A stretch of DNA of 64,000 bases, from contig OZ024742.1 of assembly GCA_964016885.1 (NCBI GenBank), positions 145,886,001 to 145,950,000 of the forward strand. The letters run 5' to 3'. The translations under genes and the position numbers were made by a program. The DNA comes from Eledone cirrhosa. Its lineage: Eukaryota. Numbering within the stretch: the first letter of the stretch is position 1; every line of letters starts with the position of its first letter. A model generated the notes under the pieces. The model did not search any database. It had not been told where the DNA came from and was given only the letters and a program-made list of their open reading frames with translations. Shown here in pieces: positions 14,185 to 26,656 of this stretch.

Positions 14185-14702
14185 AGTCACTGATGGTTGA
14201 AAGTGGGTGGGGAGGGGCACCACTTATCCTCACTGATAGCTGAAAGGTGGCATCATATATAATCATTGATAATTAAAGGGGGAGAGGACATCATTTATAG
14301 CCACTGATGGTCAAAGGGGGTCAGCACATATAGCCACTGATAACTGAAGGGGGAGGCAACATCATGTATAGCCATTGATGATTTGAAAGGGACATAATTT
14401 ATAATCACTGATGGTTGAAGGGAGGGGGAGGAAACATTTATAGTCACTGATGACTGGAGGGGGAGGAGGGGTCATCTAGTCACTGATTGTTGCAGGGAGA
14501 CATCTCTTATAGTCATTGATGATTGAAAGGAGAGGGGCAAGAATGTCCCTTACTGATGGTTGAAGGGAGAACATCCCTTATAGTCACTGATGGTTGAAGG
14601 GAGAGGAGACATAACTTGTAGTCTCTGATGGTTGAAAGGGGAAGGGACATCACTTATTGTCACTGATGGTTGAGGGGAGAGGGGCAACATTTATAGTCAC
14701 TA
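14185..14702. repeat. Degenerate minisatellite, about 15 units of 30-42 bp, at the start of the BIVM-like 3' UTR
   Basis: Conserved core tagtcactgatggttgaagg with variable G-rich spacers, starting about 15 nt after the stop codon. Confidence 0.9.
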
Positions 14703-14716
14703 ATTGATAATTAGCT

Positions 14717-15131
14717 TCAGAGAATGTTATCATAATCTTCATCTGCATCCATGTCTCCTTCCAATAACTCTTCTTCTTCTTTGTCTAAACGGTCGACATC
14801 TTTGATGTCATTTGATGGTCTGCTAGATAGGCACTGTTCATCTTCTTCATCATCATCCTCATCCTCACTTAAACCAATGATCTCTTGTGGTGGAGATTCA
14901 TCATAATCTTCTTCATCTCCATCATCATCATCGTCGTCGTCATCATCATCATCTGCATCTTCAGCTACCATTTCCTGGTCATTTTGGCACTTCTGGAATG
15001 TTAGAATACAATGGTTGTTGCTATCAAATAGCTTCTGTAGATTTTTTCGCTGGCGAATCCCTCGTTCCAGTCTGCGGATATCAAGGAAGTCTGGTGCTTT
15101 ACAGTTGAGATCTGTTAGAATATGGTCCCAT
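14717..15131 (-). CDS. BIVM-like last coding exon with D/E-rich tail, TGA stop
   Basis: ttttatttAG acceptor; [24 protein letters not shown]…NHCILTFQK followed by an acidic tail. Confidence 0.93.
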
Positions 15132-17677
15132 CTAAATAAAATATCAAAGAGAAATGAAAAAAGATTTGATAGCTCAGCTGCTTGGATCTTTTTAGGTAAA
15201 CTTATGAAAATAGTTTTAAATGAACTTGTTAAGTTACTGCTTTTATGAACTGTAGCTGTCTTGTATTTACTGTATATACTTGCATATAAGCTGATAAATA
15301 TGTGACAAAAAAACAAACAAACAATAGTAAAATGGGTGGTGGCGCCTGTATTCAAGGTCAATATGCTGATTTTCACCAACTTCAAAATTCTATGTAAATG
15401 AGATGCTAAAATATTTTTGCTCTGGAGGTGAATATTACACTGGTTTCACTTTCGATGTGAAATTCGTATTCCCTATTGTCCTATTGTTTTTGTGTTTTGA
15501 ATGAAAAACAGTCAGGAATTGGTAAAAAAAATATATTATGCAATGGAATTGTGAAACAAAAACTATACTCTAAATGACATTTAAAAAACATTTTAAAAAT
15601 TAAAATTTTTAAACTTCATAAATATATTCTCCACTCAGGAGAATTTCAAAACTGCACCATCTAAATATGTGTTGATTACCTTCCCTGGCTTATACATGGG
15701 GTTTGGATATTTATCCATTTCTCAGGCATAAAATAGGGGTTGACTTATATTTGGATCAGCTTATATTCAAGTATCTATGGCAAATCTTTCTCCAGTACTA
15801 AATGGAGAAGAAACAAGCCTGTTGCTGAATATGGGACTAGCCTATTCTAAGACTAATTTCAGATAAGTCCAATAGCTGACGATCAATTAATGGATATGGT
15901 GAAATATCATCATTATCGTTTAATGTCTGCTTTTCCTACTAGCAAGGGTTAGACAGGTTGTCAACAGACTATTTTGGTACTTAAGCAGAGCTACTCACCC
16001 CTTAGATAAGATGTGAAAAGAAAACATTTACAAATGAAAAAATGTTTCAATAAATAAGGCAGATTGATAGGAGTGCAATATATATATTTTAAATAGATAT
16101 CAACATTTTGTTTTCTAGTCTCTGTAAAAAATAAAAAAAAGTTAAATGAATCTTAATTGATAGTCATTTTTTTTAGTAAATCTTTCCATTGCAGCAAATA
16201 ACGAGAAATTAAAAATGTTTCATCATGTTTTCATCAGCCACTGCAACAATTCTGGTTTTAGCCACCAATGTACAGCCTCAAACTATTTACTGAACATTAC
16301 CTGTTTATTTCATCTGGATTTACAAAATAAAGACTTCCTCGGGTCACCGATCCACCCGCCGGCCATCTGCTCCACCATCAGGTCCAGGCTCCAACAACTC
16401 CAGACCTGACTTGGCTTGATCGACGGCTATCCAGCTCTCTTTCTGTTGAGGAACTGCTTCACAATGCCAAAGGTCCTCTATACCCTTCGCAGCGCTCCGT
16501 GTTACACCCATGCATCTCTCTCCTTGCTGACCTCGATACCTGTATCCAAACAGCAGTCGAGGAGATATGTAACGTCAGGTTTGACGACATTGGATGGCAA
16601 CAGGCCACTTTACCGGTCAGGTATGGCGGCCTTGGCCTCCAGTCCCCGATCTCACTGGCTTTGCTGGTGTTTCTTTTGTCGGTAACCTCATGCTGTGCCC
16701 TCGTCAGCAGGGATTTCCAAAACACAATGGAACCCTCTGTGATCAGGGAATTTCAGACCGCCTGTGAGATGTGGGACTGGCTGGGACTTAGCCCAGTAGA
16801 CGTCTCTCCTCCTTCTCCCCCTGCTGACGTCAAGTCCCCCCAAAGTATTTGGGATGCCATCCAATGCAGCCTGGCATCAGACAGGCTCACGCACCAGCTT
16901 GACCAGCACCGCCTTGCCTGTTTTCATGTGGCTTCAAAACCCCACAGTGGTGCCTGGCTCCATGCCTTACCCTCCTTCTCCATTGGCACGCAGCTGGATG
17001 ACAGCCTGCGCATCAGCGTTTCCTTGACCCTCGGCCTCCGGATCTGCGAGCCACACCAATGTCACTGTGGATCCACCATGGACTCTTTCGGCCTCCACCC
17101 GCTGTCCTGTCGCTACAGTGCCAGCCGCCTTCCACGCCATGCTGCTCTCAACGAGGTCATAAAGTATGGCTTGAACGCTTCAGACTTCCCTTCCCAGCTC
17201 GAGCCGGTGGGGCTGGACCAAGGGAACGGCAAAAGGCCAGATGGCATGACCATCTTCCTGTTCCATGGTGGCAAACCCCTCATCTGGGAGGACTTGCACC
17301 GACACTTTCTGCAGCCGCAACCTGGTGCAGTCTGCGACTAACCCAGGCTCTGCTGCACGTCTGGCTGAGGAGGCTAAACTCTTCAAATACCAGTCGCTCT
17401 CTGACAGGTTTGCGGTTGTACCCTTGGCAGTGGAGACTTCTGGTGTCCTCAGCCCTAAAGCTACCTCCTTACTCACCACCATAGGCGCTGAGCTGGCCAG
17501 CCGCAGGTGTGAGCCTCGTGAACTGGAATGGCTTTTTGAGCGCGTCTCCCTTGCTGTCCTCCAGGGAAACGCCTTCTCCATTCTGTCCACCGGGGCTGTG
17601 GGGAGGCCACCAATATGATTGACTAACTTGTCATTTTATCAGTCAGATGTTCTAATGATTCTATGTGTATATATACG

Positions 17678-17714
<37 letters not shown>

Positions 17715-20700
17715 AATCTTTATTCAATCCTACTCTCACTCCAGTTTACTGTAGCTGGATTTTTTGTCTCTCTTTCTCTCATTATCATTCACAATACATG
17801 CACATACGTATAATACCTCTTAACATCTTGCAGTGATTTAGCAGCAAATATCTAAAGACAAATGTTTATATTATCTTTACTCGTGGACATATCATCATCA
17901 TCACTGTTTAATGTCCATTTTTCATGCTAGCATGGGTTAGACAGGTTGTCCTATTTGAAGCAAGTCGAGGTCAAATGACCATGTCTTTGTGAAAATTTGC
18001 AGCAGAGATTGCTCGCTTCCTGAAAGTTGCACAGTCATTTATTGTCAAAGTTCACAAAGACCAGGAAGCTGCTGATGGGGATTCTACAGCAGTAACCAAA
18101 TGTAAAATGCCTACTAAAGATCCTAATACCATCAGAACAGCCAAATTAGTACGAAGAGTGAAGACAATTATTGATAAGAATCCTAGAGGTTCAATTAGCA
18201 TCATTAAGGAGCTCAAGGTTTCAAGGTACACTATTGTAAGAATTGTGCATGAAGACCTTCAATACATGTCATATGTGATGCAGTGAGGACAATTCATGTA
18301 TGCAACGACAAAAGATAACCATCTGATTTGCACAAAGTACTTATTGAGCAAATTAAAACATCAAGAGCCTGGAATACTTTGGTTTTTCTCTGATGAGAAA
18401 AACTTTGATCAGGACCAAAAGGTCAACTGAAGGAATGACAGATGGTTATGCAGAGACCCTAAAGATGCTCCAATGGTCATGCACACACATTTTCCAGCAA
18501 CTGTGATGGTTCTGAGAGTTGTAAGCAATGGAGGAGATATCATTGCTCCTCACTTCTTTCCTTAAGGGTCAATGTTGCTGACTATAAGGTGTGGTAGGGG
18601 GGTTGTGAGGCCTTGGATAAAGAGTGTGAACAAAGGAAGAACATACACCTACCAATAAGAGATTATCACACAAGGCAAAGACGACCCAAAAATGGATGAG
18701 TTACAATTCTACGATCACGTCACCCGAAACATACGGCCTTCTAGCTCGCCAGACCTGAATCCACGGAACTACTACATATGCGACATAGTTGAAAGGGAAG
18801 TCAATTAATGCTCCATAACTCTATAAAATCTCTGAGGTCTACCATAACTGGTACAATGTCCCAGGTAGATGAAAATCATCTGATTCAAGCATGTCAACAT
18901 TTTGGACCTCGTATTAAAGCAATCATTGAGGCTAATGACAGATTCATTGAGTAGAAACGTCAAGAAGAGTCTCAAGATTATTCACGCCAATTTTTTCTCA
19001 AATAAGGCTCTTCTTTTATGACTTAAGCATCTTTTATTAAATTCATCCAAATGTCCTAAAAGAACTGACCATAAAGTAATGGGTAAAGATCCCCTTCGGT
19101 CACAAATGACCATGGGATTTGCACCTAGAAAGTCTCCTCCAAGGCACAAGTCCAAGCAAGGTTGTTTGTGGAAGACCAAAAGTCACCCATACATACTGGT
19201 CTCCCCTCTCCCTGCCAACGATGTTGTCCAAGGGAAAGGCAATGGCCGATACAGCTTGGCACCAGTGATGTCCCAACTCATTTCTACAACTGAATGATCA
19301 CACGCACACAAACACATACATGTATATATGTATATATACACACACAAACACATTAAATTAATAGAATACTCATATAATTATAATAATCACTATGTAGTGT
19401 ATATTAAACACAATATCCACTGTAAAGATAAATGAAAGAAGCAATAATAACAAATTACTTACTTCTTACACTGTAAACTGGGATATTTGTTACTTGTGTC
19501 TCCCAAAATAATCCACGTTTCTAAATCACCAGAACATAAATCACTTCTGAAAAAAAGAAAAATAATAATAACAACAATAATAATGGTTTTTGGTGGTGGT
19601 GGGGGGGGGGGGGGGGGACAATTAAACTGATCCCAGTGCATTACTGGTGCTTTATTTTATTGACCCCGTAAGGATGAAAGGCAAAGTTAACCTTGGTGGG
19701 ATTTGAACTCAGAGCACAAAGGGACGTAACTACATGCTGCAAAGTATGTTGTCTTACTGACATTGCTAATCCACTGCCCTTATAATAATAATAATAATAA
19801 TATTTTAACAACAATGACTAGAAGGGTCTCCCGCATAGCCTGCGAAATAACAAATTGAATTGGTGGCCATTTTATAGAATTAGAACCATGGTAATTCTAC
19901 TAGATGGTCACAGTTGGAATACTTAAAAAAGTCTGGATGGTCACAATTGAAAAGGAATGAATAGTTAAGGGTGCAGGAACATTAAACAAGAGATTAGGTC
20001 TCAGAGAGCAATATATGAAAGGACAGAAATTGAGAGAATGGAGGAGAGGAATTGGACACAGACATTTAATAAAAATTATATATGTATACGTGTGTGAGAG
20101 AGTGTGTGTGTATGAATGTATGTATGAGAGGGAGACTGATTATCTTTATCTAATATATGTAGAGTGTGATACACAGACATAAGGTAACTATTAGCTATTG
20201 AATATAGTAACCACAAAACAGAAAAAGAAACTCTTCAATATATACAAATATTAAGACTATATAGAAGATAAATAGTGATCTAAATCTGTCTATTTACTGT
20301 CTCGATTGTATCACATATATCCTTCTATACTTACAATTCATATTAAGTAAAAATAAAAAATGAACCTTAGCATTACTGTATTTGAAATCACTGTTTCAAA
20401 GGTATCTAAAGTATGTAATTGAATATGAAGATAATATTCTAAACTGCATTTTGTTTTTGAATTTGTTTTGCAAGATTTTTTCTATCTGAAAACGTGTGTT
20501 GAAATAAATATTGTTATACTTTGGAAGGGTCATGTTGCCAATACCTGTTGGGTTTCATTTCAATTTATTATTATAATTCCCCAGTCGATTAGTTTAATAA
20601 CTGGATGGTTGTTTAGTTGTTGATAGTCAAAGCTCTTTCATCACACATTCTGTGACCTCCTTAGTGACTACTTTTGTTGTTACTTTGTGTCTCTCCTTTG

Positions 20701-23700
20701 TTCTGTCTTACACAATCTTTTTTTTGCGAGCTGTGTACTTGGGCTGTGCATGCGTTAAATCTGTGTGTTAAAAAATTATTTGTTTGTTATATATTTTCTC
20801 TATTTCCTACTTATCACTAGTTGGTTACTAGTTCCAGCTGTGTGTCTGTGCATGTGTATAGTGGGTGGTGGGGTGGGTCTATTTATCTTATTAATTTTGT
20901 TCTTGTGTCTTTATATTGTCCTTAGTTATTACACTGTGAGGTTGTTACTATTCCACTTGTGCTTTCTATTTAGTTTTGGTCAGAGTTTGTTTATGTTTGT
21001 TGCTTCAATAATCTGAGTGTAGATATAATCTTTATCTTGATGTTCCTAGTGAGTCCCCATGTTCCATTCTGGCATGTTTATCAAATATTGATGAGTTTTT
21101 CTTGTCTGGAGTTCTTGCTAGTGTCCTTTCATCCTTTCTCCTACGCTATGAGCCGTCTCACCTATGTATGTCATGTTCATATTCCTACACTTCCCCTCCA
21201 TGCAACTTATGGTGCATACTATGTTTCTAGTTTTACAACAGTTAATCTGTAGGCTTAATCTGCAGACTATATATTCCCTATCAGTGCAGGGGGTTTTCTT
21301 AAAAGAGTACGTTCTGCTAATTAGGACTTTTATGGGAATACCTAGTTTTTCTAATATCTTAATATCTAATTTCAATTTGTCTAGAAGTATTTTGTTTAAA
21401 ACATTTATATAAAAGGAGGAGGTTATAGTTCACTTGAAGCATTGTGTAATGAGGTATAAACGTTTGAATATGTGTAATAAGGCCAAAACAATGCAGGTAT
21501 GGACATAGAAAAAAGAATGCAATAGTGAAAGATATTGATGAGAATTCGTCTTTCACCTTGAATTTATTTAAATGTCCTTAATTTTCGAGATAATATCTCT
21601 TCTTCGGAGGGAAGTAAAGGTCTCAAACCAGCGTCTTTAAATCTCTAGCCAAGCCATGCTGACCGGAAATAGTATAGAGTATCTGTTCTAACTCTAATAT
21701 CAAAGAATTAAAATTAGGTGGATAAAGAGTAGTCTCCCTTTAAGAGGGGTTTGTTTAGGTTTTTTTTTTTTTATTTATTTTTTTTTAAATTTTATATACT
21801 TGCCTGTATATGTGTGTGGGAGAATGCATGAAGGTGTAGGTATGTGGGTGTGTGTGTGTGAGTGTGGGAAGATAGGTCTAATCGTAAAAGTGGGGGGTAG
21901 GTGTTATCTGGTGTTAGAACTGGTTTTGTGTGTGTATGTGTGAGAGAGAAAAAGTGGAGGTGTAAGCGTGTGTGTGTGCGCGTGCGTGTGTGTGGGGTGT
22001 GTAAAAATGGGGCTAGAGGTCCTATCAGGTTATAAATTGGGTGTTGAGCTCTAGTCTATTATTGATTGGTGGATGTGTTCTATCTATAATAAGTGCTTCC
22101 TTAATTCTAAGATTGCCGAGGTTTCTTTCCTTAGTTTCTATCCTAACTGTTATGTTTATATCGGTGTTTTTGCATTTAACTAGGTGTTTCTTAAATGAGG
22201 AAGCGTTAGTATTGAGGTGTTCTTTTATTCTTATGTGGAGTGGTCTGGTGGTGCTACCTACGTAGAAGTTGTTGCATTTGTCACACTCTAGTCTGTATAC
22301 TACGTAAGCCTGGTGGCATAGGTCTGTGTCGTTGATGGGGCAGTTGGCTAGTCTGCAGCAGTTGTCATGTCTGGTGGAGTGTCTCTTGGCCAGCCGTCCG
22401 CGCAGAGAAGGACCCGAGTGGGCCAGTTGGATATCCAGTCCCTCTCGTCTGATGGCTCTGCGGATGGCTGTTGTTGTTTCTTCACTGAAGTGTGGGAGCT
22501 TCAGGAAGCAAGTGTTAGTGCCTCGGGTGTGGTGTCCTCTGTTCTTTCTGGCACGGTTTGTGGTGGATGTCGTGTATCCGTTCAGTTTGAGTACTTCCAG
22601 GAAATGTGTGGTGTGTGTGTCTCGGTCTCTAGCGTTGGTGCATTTGTTCCGGATACGTGCCAGTTCGTTCCTTATGTATCCGAACTTGGCACCGAGTGGG
22701 AGGGCCGATCTGAAATGTACGAACAGGTCCCTGCTGGCGGATTTTTTATAGAAGCAGGTGTGGATGTTGCCTTCCTCTGTTACCCTGAGTTGGAAGTCCA
22801 GCAGGGATAGGGATCCGCGGTCATCGGGGTGTTCCATGCTGAACTTTATACTGGCGTCCATGCTGGAGAATGTTGTGTATATTTTCTCTGCCTCCTCACG
22901 GGATGATGTAAGTATGAGTATGTCATCTACATATCGGGTGAAGAAGGCATGGGAATGGCAGGTGTTGAGGGCTCAGCATTCTAGCTGGTTCATGTAGGTG
23001 ATGGCCAGCAGGTGAAGTACGTACTTCACCTTCCACCACCACACATACAGACAGACAACAGGATTACCCATGGGATCCAGCCTTTCGGGCCTGCTGGCCA
23101 TCACCTACATGAACTTCCCTCCGAAGAAGAGATATTATCTCGAAAATTAAGGACATTTAAATAAATTCAAGGTGAAAGACGAATTCTCATCAATATCTTT
23201 CACTATTGCATTCTTTTTTCTATGTCCATACCTGCATTGTTTTGGCCTTATTACACATATTCAAACGTTTATATTTATATAAAAATCAAAATTAAATCCC
23301 AATGAAAGGAAATTGGAATATTATTCACCGAAAGTTCCTTAAACCCTGAAGAAGGGACTTTTAGGTCCCAAAATATGGGACAGAAAAAAGAACAACAAAA
23401 AACAAAACAAAGATTACCAAGTAATTTACTTTTTGTTACCTCATCTTACAGTTCATTTTGCATTGTTTAGCCTTCTATCTCTTTCAACATTATTAAAAAG
23501 CTGTTTATCTCCCCCCCCCCCCCTTAAGATGGAAGTGTGTCTAAATTTATATTAAAAAGGAAACTTTGGGAAAAGTCATGTTAGTGCACAGTGAATGATG
23601 ATGAAGATGGAAGTGTGACTTGATAATAGAGTCTGGCTCTTATTTCTAGCAGGTTGACCAATCACACCAACTGCTTCTTTGTTGTTCTGTAGTTTCTAAG

Positions 23701-26610
23701 TTTTATGTTTTTGTATATTTGGTGATACATGTGTGTTTGTATTTTGTAAATGTGTGTATATAGTGTATGCTTCCATATTTAGTTGTCTAGGTGAACACAT
23801 GGCAGGTACTTTATTTTATGAACCTCAGAAACACATAGTTGACCTCAGTGGGTTTTTATTAAGGCTCAACTTTACCTTCAGTACTTAAAGGGTTGATAAC
23901 ATAAGTACCTGTAATGTACTAGGATCAATACAACCAACCACCACCCAGGTGACCAGCTAAAAAAACCAAGCAATCAATCAATCAGCCATCATCCACCCAG
24001 TTAACTAGCTACCCTTCACCTACTTAGCTAACCAGCCAACCAGCCAGCATCCACCCAACTAACCAGCCAGCCAGCATCCACCCAACTAACCATCCAGTTA
24101 ACCAGCCAACCATCATCCATCCAGTTAACCAGCCAGCCATCATCCACCCAACTAACCATCCAGTTAACCAGCCAACCATCATCCATCCAGTTAACCAGCC
24201 AGCCAGCATCCACCCAACTAACCAGCCAGCCAGCATCCATCCAACTAACCATCCAGTTAACCAGCCAACCATCATCCATCCAGTTAACCAGCCAGCGACC
24301 ATCGTCCCAGTTAACCAACCAGCCATCACCAGGTTAGCCAACTATCACACATCCAGCTAACCAGTTAGCCAGCCATCACTCACCTAACCAACCATCTAGC
24401 CAGCAAAGACAGTATTTCTATAAAAGTGATTTTACTAAAACATTAACCATTAGCATTTAAACCAGCCCTATCTGGCCAGAATCCTCTCACCCCTTTCTGT
24501 TCAAACCGGCCATAACCGACCACTGTTAAGATATTGTTCTCAATATAAATAATATCAAAATCACATAAATTCAATATTATGTGGGATATTATGCGAGGTA
24601 ATTACGTGAGATAAAGCAATAGAAAATGCAATAGTAAATATAGAGTAATGTAAAGGTAAAGGGTTAAAGCAAGTAAAGTACTTACGTATATGCATCAGTA
24701 GGTCTGAGTGGAGTATTTTCATAACCAATTGGACAGAGAAAGTGTTTCTCACAGTGGTAAATATATGCTGTCTGCTTACTCTTCAGTCCTTTCTTTAGTA
24801 GAGCAAGAGCATAATCTTCTTTTAAGTTTGTAGAATCACTGCCTTGGAGTTTTAGGAATACACAGCCACGACCAGCAACCTCAAAATGTTCATTTAGTTT
24901 TTGAAATGATCTGAAATAGAAAGAATAAAGATTTCTCAGATAATTATCATCATCCTTATCATCATGTTCATCATAATGAACTACATCTTGCACATTTGTT
25001 CCATATTTTGGTGTGGTTTCTATAGCTGGATGCCCTTCTAACACCAACTACTTTACTGAGTGTCCTAGATACATTTTCTCATGGCTCTAGCACTACTACT
25101 TTACAAAGTGCATTTCATTGTGGCACCAGCAACTACTACTTTACAGAGTGTACTGGGTGCATTTTATCATCGCTTCAGCATTAGAGAGATTGTCAAGTCC
25201 TTAACAAAGCCAATGCATCTACCCAATGCTGACTTGGTTTCTTGAGTTAGCACAGAACCACAGAAAGACAAAGGAAATTTCCACATAATTTGATGGTGAA
25301 AGATAAACTTACTTTATCAAACCTTGGTTCGTTACAATGTCTTGCGAATCTATTTCTGAAAATGGTGGTTGATATTCAAGGATTGTCAAAGCAACCTCTT
25401 GACTCACAGGATCACGGCTGAAATAAAAGCAACCAAAAATAGACTTTATCATTGCAGATCACAAGAAAGAAATAATTTACTGGATAATAATAATGGTTTC
25501 TGATTTAGACACAAGGCCAACAATTTTAGCAGAGGGGAAAAGTCGATTATATAGACCCCGGTGCATTACTGGTGCTTTATTTAATCGACCTCGTAAGGAT
25601 GAAAGGCAAAGCTAGCCTCGGTGGGATTTGAACTTAGATTGTAAAGGGTCGTAACTCTATCCTGCAAAGCATGGTGTCCGCCTCTCTACCAATACTGCCA
25701 ATCCACCACCCTAATAATGATAATAACAACAATAATAAATGATAAACATAATAATAATTTCTTTTATTGACCACAAGGGCCCAGGACATTGGTGATAATA
25801 CAAGGACAAAGAAAACCCAACCCAACCCAACACTAAGTGGGGTTTACAGCACAGTAACCAAGGTCCTGTCTATTAGTCTATTCTAAGTTGATTAATAATA
25901 ATAGTAATCATTTAATGTTCACTTTCCCTGCTAATAAGGGTTAGACAGGTCTTCACAGACCGAGTCTGTACTGAAGCAGGGCCACTGACCTCCCAGTGGT
26001 GGTTTGCATCTCGCTTACATACGGTTCCACATTCTATCAAGTGTATTTCATCATGGCACCAGCACTAGAGATGTTGCCATGTCTGACATAACTGGAAGGT
26101 CTTCTCAACCTTCTATTTAGCAAGCTTTTTATGCACTTCCTAATACAGACCACTTTACAGAGTGTACTGGGTGCTTTTATTGTGGCAATCAACAAGAATA
26201 ATTTTTTTTTATTTGCCACAAGGGCCAACATCTGAAGATGCTGTAACTTTAGAGCATGCTTGTGGATCATCAGCCATGAGAGGCCCAGCCCTCCGTGTAG
26301 AGGGTGTTGGCAGCAGATGGACCGTCTCACCAATGGAACCTATCTCTTCCACAAAAAGTGGAAGATTAGATGTTCCAATTTAGTGAGGTGCAAATGGGGA
26401 CAAGGCACGGCGGTCAGAATAATAATTGTTTCTACTTTTGGCACAAGGCCAGCAATTACCCAGTACATTACTGGTACTTTATTTTAACGACCCTGTAAGG
26501 ATGAAAGGCAAAGTCAACCTCGGCGGGATTTGAACTCAGATCATAAAGGGACGTAACTATGCTGGAAAGCATGGCGTCCGACCCTCTACCGATACTGCCA
26601 ATCCACCGCC

Positions 26611-26656
<46 letters not shown>

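Noticed and set aside
14185-14702. CRISPR-like repeat-spacer array or read-through coding repeat
   Set aside because: Eukaryotic context, spacers related to each other, no cas genes; a TAA follows two codons after the stop and unit lengths break frame
24024-24341. Trp/Gly/Met-rich ORFs
   Set aside because: Translations of an intronic minisatellite
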